The position numbers and the translations under genes were made by a program. From positions 352,001 to 416,000 of the forward strand of contig JANRKS010000019.1 of assembly GCA_033763315.1 (NCBI GenBank): a stretch of 64,000 nucleotides of DNA. The letters run 5' to 3'. This document shows, piece after piece, positions 37,322-46,125 of this stretch; positions within the stretch are counted from its first letter, which is position 1, and each line of letters begins with the position of its first letter. The notes under the pieces are model-generated. The model had not been told where the DNA came from. It searched no databases and worked only from the letters and a program-made list of their open reading frames with translations. This DNA is from Deltaproteobacteria bacterium (lineage in GTDB: Bacteria > Myxococcota_A > Polyangia > Fen-1088).

Positions 37322-38992
37322 TCAATCAGGCGTTGATGCGGTCAACACAGGCAGCAAGGGGCGCAGGCCTAGTGCCCAAGCTTGCGCCACCGCGGCCGCC
37401 GCGCGAGGCAGCTGCCCCTTGGGCGTCGAGGCGACAATCGTTTGCATCGCTCGCTCTGCAACATCGAAGTCAAGGCGCGCAAAGCGGGCCAGTTGCAGTT
37501 CCGTCAGCGGCACAAGGCCTGGTTCGGTGAGGCCCAGCAAGCGCGCCACCAAAACGGTGCGGGCCATCACGCCCGTGTCCAGGGCCTTGGGATCGCGCAC
37601 ATTCATGCGGGCGCGGTTCTCGGGGCCCAGCATTTCGGGCCGCACGCCCAGTGCCACCAACAAAGCGAGCTGCGCGGCAATCCTTTCCACGCGGGCCGTG
37701 GCTTTGGCGATGTCGAGCAGCGAACCAAAGGCGCGGTTGCCCCCCGCGGGATCTTCGTCCAAAAGGCGCGGGTAGCGAGGCCGCTTTGCCGCCAACGCTT
37801 CGAGAACCTCGTGATCTTCGAGCTCCCACAAGGCGATCGCTGGATCAATTTTTGTAAAGGGGTTCTCGCGCAGCAGAGCCTGCGCCAGCCGCCCCACCTT
37901 CGCCCCAAGCGAAATGCCGAGCCGGAACATTCGCACGAGCGGCACCGTTGTGACGGCATCACGCTCGTCGTCTTCGTTGCCCTTCGCCAGAAACTCAAGC
38001 GCCAGATCCAAGGTCGCTTGCATGCGCGTAAGCGCATCCGCGATCCCTTCTTGATCGCTTGGAACCACGCGTTCAGCCGAAAGCACGCGGTTTGACAGCG
38101 CCACCAAACTGGCATGTAGATCGGCGATTTGATCGTCATCCGTCAGCGTCGCCACCGCGCGCGCGAAGCGCGACTTGGGCGAGGACAGGCCCTCGGCCAA
38201 GGCGGTTGGCATGCGCAAGGCGTCCGCGGCTTGAGCTCGATACGCCGTCTCGTCGGTCAAAGGTCGCGTGCGTTGGCCGCGCGCTTCGCCAATCTTCACC
38301 GACGCCGGATCCAGGGGCGCAAACACTTCGAGCGCCTCGTAATAATCCACGAACCCCAGGTCGGCCAAGCGGCCCGAGCGCCAGCGCAAAGCCTGCTCTT
38401 CGAGCTCGCTGTCGAGTTCCGCCTGCAGGCTCACCAGCACCCGGCGCGCGAAGTTGAGATCGGTGTTGTAAATCGCCACCAACAGCGCGTGCGTCACGCG
38501 TTGTTCTTCGGGCGTTCCCAACGCATCGATCATAAAGAAGCCATCGGGGGTCTTAAACAGCAGGCCTTGCGGCTCTTCTTCGGGCTCTTCGCCCATCGTC
38601 AGATCCCACAGCTTCATGCGGCGGCGCAGCAGCGTTGCCACAAGTTCGATGTCGAGGCCGCGCACCCATTCGTAAATGCGCTCTTGCGGTGCTTCCACCA
38701 AGGCCCCCAACCATTGCGAAGCTTTCGCCAACGACAGTTGGTCACGATCCCACAGCTCCATATCCAGAACCATCTGCACCTGCTCGGCGGAGCCCAGCAC
38801 CAAAAGCTCATTGGCTTCGGGCAAACCACGCTCGGCGATCAGGTAATAGAACTCATCAACCGGCAGCGCGCGCACGGCGGCCTGCGGATCGGGTGTGTCA
38901 AGCAAGGTGTCGCCGCGACGGATGCGGCGGCCGCGGCTAAGGCGGGCGGCGAACCGCGAGAACGGAAGCATCTTGTCTTTGGGGTCTGACAT
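37322..38992 (-). CDS. DUF6178-like conserved protein
   Basis: LDMELWDRD, ELEEQALRWRSGRLADLGFVDYYEA, MFRLG motifs recalled for this deltaproteobacterial family. Confidence 0.65.
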   Translation of the reverse strand: MSDPKDKMLPFSRFAARLSRGRRIRRGDTLLDTPDPQAAVRALPVDEFYYLIAERGLPEANELLVLGSAEQVQMVLDMELWDRDQLSLAKASQWLGALVEAPQERIYEWVRGLDIELVATLLRRRMKLWDLTMGEEPEEEPQGLLFKTPDGFFMIDALGTPEEQRVTHALLVAIYNTDLNFARRVLVSLQAELDSELEEQALRWRSGRLADLGFVDYYEALEVFAPLDPASVKIGEARGQRTRPLTDETAYRAQAADALRMPTALAEGLSSPKSRFARAVATLTDDDQIADLHASLVALSNRVLSAERVVPSDQEGIADALTRMQATLDLALEFLAKGNEDDERDAVTTVPLVRMFRLGISLGAKVGRLAQALLRENPFTKIDPAIALWELEDHEVLEALAAKRPRYPRLLDEDPAGGNRAFGSLLDIAKATARVERIAAQLALLVALGVRPEMLGPENRARMNVRDPKALDTGVMARTVLVARLLGLTEPGLVPLTELQLARFARLDFDVAERAMQTIVASTPKGQLPRAAAAVAQAWALGLRPLLPVLTASTPD

Positions 38993-39041
38993 AGCGGCTG
39001 GTCGTTATGACCGACGCGAGGCCTGCCGGCCACACCTGCCG

Positions 39042-40319
39042 CTATTCGTCGAACAACACTTCGGCCGACATGTCCACGGCCACCTGCTCTTGGCGCGCGC
39101 CTGACAGATCCGCGGTGGTCTTGCGCAAGCGCTCGGCCAACACCTGCACGAAGCTCCACAGCAGCTTCACGGAAAGCGGCGGGTGCTTGCGGATGATTTC
39201 GTAAAAGTCGCGGCGGCGCAGCACCAACAAACGGCTGCGATCTTCGGCGGTGGCGCTGACTGATCGCGGGCTTCGATCCACCAACGCCATTTCGCCCAGG
39301 TGCGCGCCCGGCTCAAGGAACGTGATGAACGTGCCTTCTTTGTGCAGCTTCACCTTGCCGCGCAGGATGATGTACAGCTCGTCGCCCGGCTCATTTTCCG
39401 TGAGAACAACTTGGCCCACGTCGTAGTCCATCACGTCCGTGACGTTTAGAACGCGCATGATCTCGCGGTACGTGAGGTAACGGAACAGAGGCATGTGCCG
39501 CAGCACTTCGATGCGCTGGGTAAGCTCTTCGCTGCGCACCTCTTGCGCTTCGGACACCGACTCTTGAATGCGCACCACCACGGCGGTGATGTTGTCGATG
39601 CCGCCCGAACGGTTGGCGTGGTCGATGAGTTTTTGCGGCACCTGCGTGACGTCTTCATCCACCATCAATTCAAGTGTGCGTCGGTCGTCGAGGTAGGCGT
39701 GCAGACCGTCCGAGCACATCATGAACTGATCGCCCGGCAGGATGTCGAAATCGATCGTATCCACCTGCACGGTTTCATAAACGCCCACGGCGCGCGTGAC
39801 CGCGTTTTTAAACGACGCGTAGGGCGAGGTGGCCAGGGTTTCCTTCGTGACCTTGCCCCGGCGGATGAGTTCGTTGACCAACGAGTGGTCTTCGGTGAGC
39901 TGCACAACTTGGTTTTGCCGAATCAAATAAATGCGGCTGTCGCCCACGTGCGCGATGAAGCCGCGCTCGCCCACGATCAAAAGCACCGAAGTGGTGGTGC
40001 CCATGCCGCGTTTGTCGGCCTCTTGCTGGCCGCGGCGGAACACCACTTGGCAGGCCGCCTGGACGGCCTCTTCCAGCACCGTCATCACATCTTGCGTGGT
40101 GGCTTTGCCTTCGGCGTAAGCTTCCAGGGTGGGGCGGTCTTCCTCCACCACCCGGCGCAGCTCGTGCACAGCCAGGTGTGAAGCCACTTCACCTGAGGCG
40201 TGGCCACCCATGCCGTCTGCCACGACGAAAAGCGACAGCTTCTTGTCGATCAGGAAGTTGTCTTCGTTGTGATCCCGTTTCCGACCCACATCGGTGGCGG
40301 CCCAGAAGCTTAATTCCAT
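39042..40319 (-). CDS. PP2C Ser/Thr phosphatase fused to a cyclic-nucleotide-binding domain
   Basis: DVGRKRDHNED, VADGMGG, HVGDSR, CSDGL, GGIDNIT; then LGEMAL...PRSVSATA. Confidence 0.92.
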   Translation of the reverse strand: MELSFWAATDVGRKRDHNEDNFLIDKKLSLFVVADGMGGHASGEVASHLAVHELRRVVEEDRPTLEAYAEGKATTQDVMTVLEEAVQAACQVVFRRGQQEADKRGMGTTTSVLLIVGERGFIAHVGDSRIYLIRQNQVVQLTEDHSLVNELIRRGKVTKETLATSPYASFKNAVTRAVGVYETVQVDTIDFDILPGDQFMMCSDGLHAYLDDRRTLELMVDEDVTQVPQKLIDHANRSGGIDNITAVVVRIQESVSEAQEVRSEELTQRIEVLRHMPLFRYLTYREIMRVLNVTDVMDYDVGQVVLTENEPGDELYIILRGKVKLHKEGTFITFLEPGAHLGEMALVDRSPRSVSATAEDRSRLLVLRRRDFYEIIRKHPPLSVKLLWSFVQVLAERLRKTTADLSGARQEQVAVDMSAEVLFDE

Positions 40320-40441
40320 ATGTTCAGTTTGCCCTGGCCAGTGCCGTTTGCTGCAATCCGCAGTGGTGTCCAGGGTTAACATCAATCGCCTGGCCGGGCA
40401 AGAACCCCGGCAGCCGGCCGCACAAACGGTGGCGAATCTGC

Positions 40442-41701
40442 TTATGACGGGGTGCGCACGAGGCCCAATGTTGAGCGGATCGCATCCAGCAACACGTCGG
40501 CCCGAACCGGCTTTTCAAGCACGCCATGAACGCCATCTTCATCGTCAGGCAGGCCGGGATGGCCTGAGATCATCACGATGCGGATGTCGGGGGCGATTCG
40601 ATTGATCTGCTTGCGCGTGGTTGTGCCGTCCATGCCGGGCATGGATTCATCCATCAAAACCAGAGCAGGGGCGGGGCGGCCGCGCTCGATGAACGCCAAA
40701 GCGGCTGCGCCATCGGGCGCCGTGAACGCCGTGAAGCCTCCGAAGCGCAGCACACGCGCCACGGAATCGCGGACGATGTCGTCGTCATCCACGACGAGAA
40801 CGACCGGACCAGGGAGTTTGGAGGTGGGCTCAGCGCTCGTTGGTGTGGCCGGCTTGTTGATTCCGTACGGCAAAAACAGCGAAACCACTGTGCCTTGCGG
40901 CTGCGCGGGCGAGGCCTCGTGGGGCAGTGTGGATTCCGCGCTGGCCCAGCCGCCGTGAAGACGCGCGCATTCCAGCAGGTTGGCCAAGCCCATCCGGCGG
41001 CCCTCCCGTGCCAGTTGATTCACGAACGGTTCAAAAGCGGGCCCGCGGGCCGTTGTGGGAAGACCGGGGCCATTGTCCCGCACCCGCACGCACGCAAAGG
41101 GCCCACCCCAAGCGTGTGCGGATGGTTTGGTCAGTTCAGCCGCTCCCACGGGAACAGTGCCCAGCTCCACCGTGATTTCGCCGCGCCGTTGGCCCGCCAG
41201 GGCGTCACGCGCGTTCATGAGAACGCAGAACAAAGCGAGTTCAAACTCGTTCGGATGAATGGGCACCGGCGGCAAGGGGGCTTTGAGTTCGATCTTGAGT
41301 GACAAGCTGCGATCAAAGGTGACCCGGCACATCGACACGACCCGTTCCGCACACGCCTCCAGGCTCGCGATCTCTTGTTCGGCCCGAGCCTGGTGGCCGG
41401 CAAACTGGAGCAGGTTTTTCACCAGTCGGCTGGCGTCCGCGCAAGATGACAGCGCGTTGTCCAAAAACGGTTTGATGTCGTCGGGCGCTTGCATGCGCGC
41501 CAACTCCACATTGCCCAAGATGCCTTGCAACGTGTTGTTGAAGCTGTGGGCCACGCCCGTCGCCAGCTCGCCCACGGCCTGCAGCTTCTGCCTTTGCCGT
41601 TGCTGATCGGGCGACAGGTGCATTGCCAGGGCAGGAGCACCTTTGGCTGCTTCCGCTGGTTCGCTCACGAGGCCTCCCGACGACCCGTCCTGCCGACTCA
41701 C
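40442..41701 (-). CDS. Sensor-less hybrid histidine kinase-receiver (degenerate)
   Basis: GVAHSFNN, NARDA, DNGPG; receiver LVVDDD, LMDESMP, EKP. Confidence 0.8.
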   Translation of the reverse strand: MSRQDGSSGGLVSEPAEAAKGAPALAMHLSPDQQRQRQKLQAVGELATGVAHSFNNTLQGILGNVELARMQAPDDIKPFLDNALSSCADASRLVKNLLQFAGHQARAEQEIASLEACAERVVSMCRVTFDRSLSLKIELKAPLPPVPIHPNEFELALFCVLMNARDALAGQRRGEITVELGTVPVGAAELTKPSAHAWGGPFACVRVRDNGPGLPTTARGPAFEPFVNQLAREGRRMGLANLLECARLHGGWASAESTLPHEASPAQPQGTVVSLFLPYGINKPATPTSAEPTSKLPGPVVLVVDDDDIVRDSVARVLRFGGFTAFTAPDGAAALAFIERGRPAPALVLMDESMPGMDGTTTRKQINRIAPDIRIVMISGHPGLPDDEDGVHGVLEKPVRADVLLDAIRSTLGLVRTPS

Positions 41702-41763
41702 GCCTTACGTTGTACGCCCGAAAGAGGGGCAAAGCTAACAGTTTCCGGCCTGTAGCAAGACTC

Positions 41764-41791
41764 TTGACACTCCGAAGGGCGCTGGTACAAC
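41764..41791 (+). promoter_or_regulatory. Sigma70 promoter of the tRNA cluster
   Basis: TTGACA-N16-TACAAC with TG extension, ~40 nt before the first tRNA. Confidence 0.6.
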
Positions 41792-41832
41792 AACGCCTCC
41801 TGGTTCTGCGACGCAGGTACGGGGTTTGTTAC

Positions 41833-41906
41833 TCGGGGATCGTCTAATGGCAGGACGCCAGTCTCTGAATCTGGCTATCAAGGTTCGAATCCTTGTCCCC
41901 GAACCA
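41833..41906 (+). tRNA. tRNA-Gln (CTG)
   Basis: Acceptor TCGGGGA/TCCCCGA, anticodon loop CT-CTG-AA, GTTCGAATC T-loop, encoded CCA. Confidence 0.95.
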
Positions 41907-41941
41907 GGAAAATCTAGCGAAAAATCGAAGAAAATACATAT

Positions 41942-42015
41942 TCGGGGATCGTCTAATGGCAGGACGCCAGCCTTTGGAGCTGGCTATCAAGGTTCGAATC
42001 CTTGTCCCCGAACCA
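41942..42015 (+). tRNA. tRNA-Gln (TTG)
   Basis: Same body as the preceding tRNA; anticodon arm CCAGC-CT-TTG-GA-GCTGG; encoded CCA. Confidence 0.96.
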
Positions 42016-42056
42016 AGAGGTGGCCAACGCCGCCGCTTGAGCTTGAAAACTAAATC

Positions 42057-42128
42057 GGCCCCATAGTCTAGCGGTTAGGACAGCGCCCTCTCACGGCGTA
42101 GACCCGGGTTCAAATCCCGGTGGGGTCA
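42057..42128 (+). tRNA. tRNA-Glu (CTC)
   Basis: Acceptor GGCCCCA/TGGGGTC, anticodon arm GCGCC-CT-CTC-AC-GGCGT, GTTCAAATC; no encoded CCA. Confidence 0.95.
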
Positions 42129-42139
42129 CTCAACTTCGT

Positions 42140-42853
42140 TCACTCGGCTTCCGTCTTCGGGCGATCGCCAGGATGGTTGGCCACTGATTCCCAGGGTCGA
42201 TCCGGACGTGCACCGGCGGGAATGCCACCGGTCACTTCTGAGGCTTGCAGCTCTCCGCGCGTCCACAGGGTGCGTTCCACCATGATCCGAAGCATCGTGT
42301 GAAGTTGTTCGCGCACGCGTGGCCCGTGGCTGCCTTCCAGGTGCTCGAACGCCAGCGCGATGGCTTCAAGGGTGCAAACTTGGCCTGGCTCATTCGCCGT
42401 GCGAAGCCGGTAGATCGATGGGCCGTCCACCGTGACCGTGGCGGCGGGAATTTGCGAAAGGCAGGGGATCCGCCGCCGCGCCCGCGACGCTTGGCTCCAG
42501 GTGCCGTCTGGAACCACGAGCGCGATGGGCTTTGCCCCGGCTGGTCGTTCGGCCAGCAGGTCCGCCAACGGACGGGCGTCCTCGGTGGGAAACAAAAGCA
42601 CGGGATCATGCGTGTCGGGCCACAGCGTCTCGTTTGGCACCGGCTGGTGCTGACCTCGCACAACGATGCGGCTGTTGGGCAGGCAGCGCGTGGCCAGCAC
42701 GCCCGTGTTGGTGGGCTTTTTTGTCTCCAGCTGATGCAGCACCAACACCAGGTGCGTTTGCGTTTCGATGCGTGGAACCAACCCGCAAATGCACACGTTC
42801 TGGTGCATGTGGCAGGTGCCACAGCGGGCGTCAGGATGGCGAGCGCGTCGCAT
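42140..42853 (-). CDS. DTW-domain tRNA-uridine aminocarboxypropyltransferase (TapT/YfiP family)
   Basis: C-x2-C...C-x-C, E-x-x-KPTNTG, PDGTWSQA, CTLEA. Confidence 0.88.
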   Translation of the reverse strand: MRRARHPDARCGTCHMHQNVCICGLVPRIETQTHLVLVLHQLETKKPTNTGVLATRCLPNSRIVVRGQHQPVPNETLWPDTHDPVLLFPTEDARPLADLLAERPAGAKPIALVVPDGTWSQASRARRRIPCLSQIPAATVTVDGPSIYRLRTANEPGQVCTLEAIALAFEHLEGSHGPRVREQLHTMLRIMVERTLWTRGELQASEVTGGIPAGARPDRPWESVANHPGDRPKTEAE

Positions 42854-44695
42854 TTACTGCGCGCCAGGAGCCACGGCGCCGCCACCGCCCATGCCCATGC
42901 CCATCAACGGCCGAACGATCGTGGCGACGTTTTGGAACGCGCGCAGCGGGATGAACCATTCCCCTGTGAACGCCTGGCCGCCCCCGTAGGAAAACAGCAT
43001 CGGGACGCGCAGCTTGTCGGCGCCAGGAATGAACGCCAACATGGCGTTCGCTTGCGCGAGGCTGGGTTCGCTCTTGGCCATATTCGCCAACATCGGACGC
43101 AAGATTTGGAAGAGGTCCAGATACACGAAGCCCTCCTTTCCTTTCGTCTCGTTCAACACCTGTTGCACGTCGGGATCGGTGGTGGATGTCGTGGTGCTGG
43201 AGAGCCGCGCGAGTTCAGCGTCCGACTTGTTCCCGGCCAATCCGAAAAGCTTGTTCGAGGTGACGGCCAACAGGTAACTGAGCTTGTTTGCCCCGAACAG
43301 CATCTGCACCTGTTTTTCCTCCTTGCTGTTCATGCCCATGGTCAAGGGCACCTCAAGACGCGCCTTGCTCCCCTGTCGCTTCCAGACAAACGAGGGCATT
43401 TTGGCCTTCGAATCCTTGGGCTGGCTTTTCGCGGCTTCCTTCATCAGCAGCCCAAGCCCCGTGGGGCCAAGCGCCATGTCGGCCGCGTCCATGACGGCCC
43501 CGGGGTCGGTTCCCGCCGCCAAGGGTGCGATGAACGAATAGTTCATGCCGCCGTCGAAATTAAAGGTGCCGCAGTACCCGCCTGTCAGCGCAGTCATCAG
43601 CTTTTGTGCGCCAACGGCCAAATTCTTCATGCCAGGCAAATTCACGTCAGACAGCGCGCCCATGGCGTCGGCGTAGCGCTTCAAGGCCGTGTCGCTGTAT
43701 CGAACCGCGAAGAAGCCCGCTTGCAAAGGACCGCCGGTGATCGCGGGATCCACTTCGTACGGCCGCACGTCGCCAAGCGATTTTGCGAACGCCGAGCCCG
43801 CGATGGGATGAATCCGGCCCAGAAATTTCAAGCCCACCGACGCGTCCACATCCAGCGCGATGTCCACCGATTGCGTGTTCACCAAGTCTTCGATGTAAGG
43901 GTCGAAGAACGCTGTGAGCATTTTTTCGGTGACCTCGGGCGGCATCGGCGAGGGCGTTCTGGTCGCCTGTTCGCGCATCTGCGCCAGCAAGCTGGTGCGG
44001 CCATTGGTGAGCGCTGTGCGAAGGTCTGTGCCCTGGCTGAGCGCCATCGCCTGCGGGTAGAGCGTGCTGATCACGTCGTCTGCTTTGCTGGTTCGTGCGG
44101 CCATGGCTTGCGTGCCGGCCGCCTGTAGCCCGTCAACTGAATCGCTGGCAATCAACACCGCGCCCAACGCGAATATCCACGATTCGCTGCCGTCCTTCGC
44201 CTTGATGTGAACCGCGCCTTTGTCCTCGCCAAGCTTGGTGCCCATCTCTTTGAGAAACGCGGCAGCCTCCTGGGCACTTTTGGCTTGCGCCGCGACAGCA
44301 AAGAACGGTGACTTATCTTTTTCGCGGCCAATGAAGGCGCTGCCGATAGGCTTGGCGAGATCCAGATGCGCCAGCAAGCTGGGGGGCAAGCCAGCTTGGG
44401 CAATCAGCATCTGCCGCAATTGTTCGGTGCCAAAGGGCAGCCCGAGTTTACCCGAGAGGGTGCCCACCTTACCCAAGGTGCCTTCAACGTCTGAAACCGT
44501 GACCGTGGCCACCAAGTTGTTTTGCGTTTGCTGGGCAGGGCGAAAGAAGGCGGGGGCGGTGACCACCGGGGGTGTGTTGACGGATTTCTTGCAGCCGTCC
44601 GAACAGCCCAACAGCATCGCCGCGCAAACAAGCGCGCCCGCGCGGCCCGATATTAAACCTGCGCGAGACCGCCATACACTTTGGATTAGACGCAT
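42854..44695 (-). CDS. Large hypothetical lipoprotein
   Basis: Lipobox LLGC; long ORF with host-like codon use; stop abuts the DTW start. Confidence 0.7.
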   Translation of the reverse strand: MRLIQSVWRSRAGLISGRAGALVCAAMLLGCSDGCKKSVNTPPVVTAPAFFRPAQQTQNNLVATVTVSDVEGTLGKVGTLSGKLGLPFGTEQLRQMLIAQAGLPPSLLAHLDLAKPIGSAFIGREKDKSPFFAVAAQAKSAQEAAAFLKEMGTKLGEDKGAVHIKAKDGSESWIFALGAVLIASDSVDGLQAAGTQAMAARTSKADDVISTLYPQAMALSQGTDLRTALTNGRTSLLAQMREQATRTPSPMPPEVTEKMLTAFFDPYIEDLVNTQSVDIALDVDASVGLKFLGRIHPIAGSAFAKSLGDVRPYEVDPAITGGPLQAGFFAVRYSDTALKRYADAMGALSDVNLPGMKNLAVGAQKLMTALTGGYCGTFNFDGGMNYSFIAPLAAGTDPGAVMDAADMALGPTGLGLLMKEAAKSQPKDSKAKMPSFVWKRQGSKARLEVPLTMGMNSKEEKQVQMLFGANKLSYLLAVTSNKLFGLAGNKSDAELARLSSTTTSTTDPDVQQVLNETKGKEGFVYLDLFQILRPMLANMAKSEPSLAQANAMLAFIPGADKLRVPMLFSYGGGQAFTGEWFIPLRAFQNVATIVRPLMGMGMGGGGAVAPGAQ

Positions 44696-44782
44696 GCGGG
44701 CATTATCGGTGCACGTCGATGCATCGTCCAGCGCACAAAACATGATTTGCTTGGCGGTTACGAGCTATCCTTGCACACCCCC

Positions 44783-46012
44783 ATGGCGGCCGGCTCCCCG
44801 CGGACCATATTGCACGTTGATTTGGACGCCTTTTACGCGTCGGTCGAAGTGCGCGACAACCCCAGCCTGGCGGGGAAACCTGTGGTGGTGGGTGGGCACG
44901 CGCGCCGCGGCGTGGTTTGCGCCGCTTCTTACGAAGCGCGCCGCTTTGGGGTCCGCAGCGCCATGCCGATGGTGCAAGCGCTAAAGCTGTGCCCCCACGC
45001 GGTGGTGCTGGCGCCCCGAATGTCCCACTACGCCGAGATCTCCGCGGCCTTCTTCGCGATCTTGGGACACCATTCGCCGTTGGTTGAAGGCCTATCTTTG
45101 GACGAGGCGTTCTTGGATTGCACAGGGATGCGCAGTTTGATGGGCGATGGCGCCACCATCGCGCGCCTGATCAAGGCGGAGGTTCGCGCGAGACTGGGAT
45201 TGGTGGCTTCGGTGGGTGTGGCACCGAATAAGTTTCTCGCGAAGATCGGCAGCGATTTGCGCAAACCCGATGGCCTGGTGGTCGTGGAGCCAGACGCGAT
45301 CGAATCCTTCTTGCACCCGTTGCCAGTGAGTCGCCTGTGGGGCGTGGGCAAAGTGACCGAAGGCGCGCTTCGCTCATTCGGCATCGCCACCATCGGAGAT
45401 GTCACCCAGATCCCGGTTGATTTTTTGGCGGCGCGCTTGGGTCGTGGCGTGGCGGTTCACCTGGCGACCTTGGCCAGCGGCCTCGACGAGCGTCCCGTGG
45501 TTCCCGATCGTGAGGCCGTTTCGATCAGCCACGAGGATACGTTCGAGCACGACGAGCGATCGCTTGAGCGCTTGAGCGAAATCGTGCTGCCGCAGGCCGA
45601 CCGGGTGGCGGCACGTTTGCGCTCCCATGGTCTTCGGGCGCGGGTGGTTGTGTTGAAGGTGAAGTACGGCAACCACAAGCTTGTGTCGCGGCGGCGCACG
45701 TTGTCGCTTGCCACAGCGGACGGCGACGTGATCGGAAAAACCGCGGCGGCGCTGCTGCAAAATGTACCGGGGATCAGCACGCTGGGCGTGCGGCTCACGG
45801 GCGTGGGTGCCGCGGGCCTGCAGTTGGCGAAGGCCAGCGAGCCACAGACGGTGGGGCAACTTTCGCTGTTGGGCCCCACAGCGGTGGAGCGACAAACGCA
45901 AGCGGCGATTGAAGTGCGTGCCCGCGGCGAGCGACTGGGTCACACGCTGGACAGCATCCGCGAGCGCTTTGGCGGCAGCGCCATCGGGCGCGCCATCGAC
46001 GCCAAAACGTAA
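44783..46012 (+). CDS. dinB: DNA polymerase IV (Y family)
   Basis: HVDLDAFYASVE, ASYEARRFGV, SLDEAFLD, NKFLAKIGSD-x-x-KPDG. Confidence 0.95.
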   Translation: MAAGSPRTILHVDLDAFYASVEVRDNPSLAGKPVVVGGHARRGVVCAASYEARRFGVRSAMPMVQALKLCPHAVVLAPRMSHYAEISAAFFAILGHHSPLVEGLSLDEAFLDCTGMRSLMGDGATIARLIKAEVRARLGLVASVGVAPNKFLAKIGSDLRKPDGLVVVEPDAIESFLHPLPVSRLWGVGKVTEGALRSFGIATIGDVTQIPVDFLAARLGRGVAVHLATLASGLDERPVVPDREAVSISHEDTFEHDERSLERLSEIVLPQADRVAARLRSHGLRARVVVLKVKYGNHKLVSRRRTLSLATADGDVIGKTAAALLQNVPGISTLGVRLTGVGAAGLQLAKASEPQTVGQLSLLGPTAVERQTQAAIEVRARGERLGHTLDSIRERFGGSAIGRAIDAKT

Positions 46013-46061
46013 CAGGGCCGTGGGGGCTGGCAAAGATCCGGTCGGCTGACCCCGAAGATCA

Positions 46062-46090
46062 TTGACGCCGCACCCAACGTCATCTACGAA
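46062..46090 (+). promoter_or_regulatory. Possible sigma70 promoter
   Basis: TTGACG-N17-TACGAA upstream of ATG 46126. Confidence 0.35.
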
Positions 46091-46125
46091 AGGCGGACTC
46101 TGTTTGTATCCCCGAGCGTTCATCA

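Noticed and set aside
41826-42053. 75-aa ORF over the tRNAs
   Set aside because: Spurious translation of tRNA genes
41833-42140. tRNA cluster as a possible integration site
   Set aside because: No integrase, no duplicated tRNA 3' end beyond the two Gln genes, and no obvious compositional shift
42245-44128. 627-aa plus-strand ORF
   Set aside because: Shadow of the DTW and lipoprotein genes; long antisense ORFs are expected at high GC, and it has no motifs
44696-44782. SOS box upstream of dinB
   Set aside because: No LexA-type palindrome recognisable by eye; no imuA, imuB or dnaE2 neighbours
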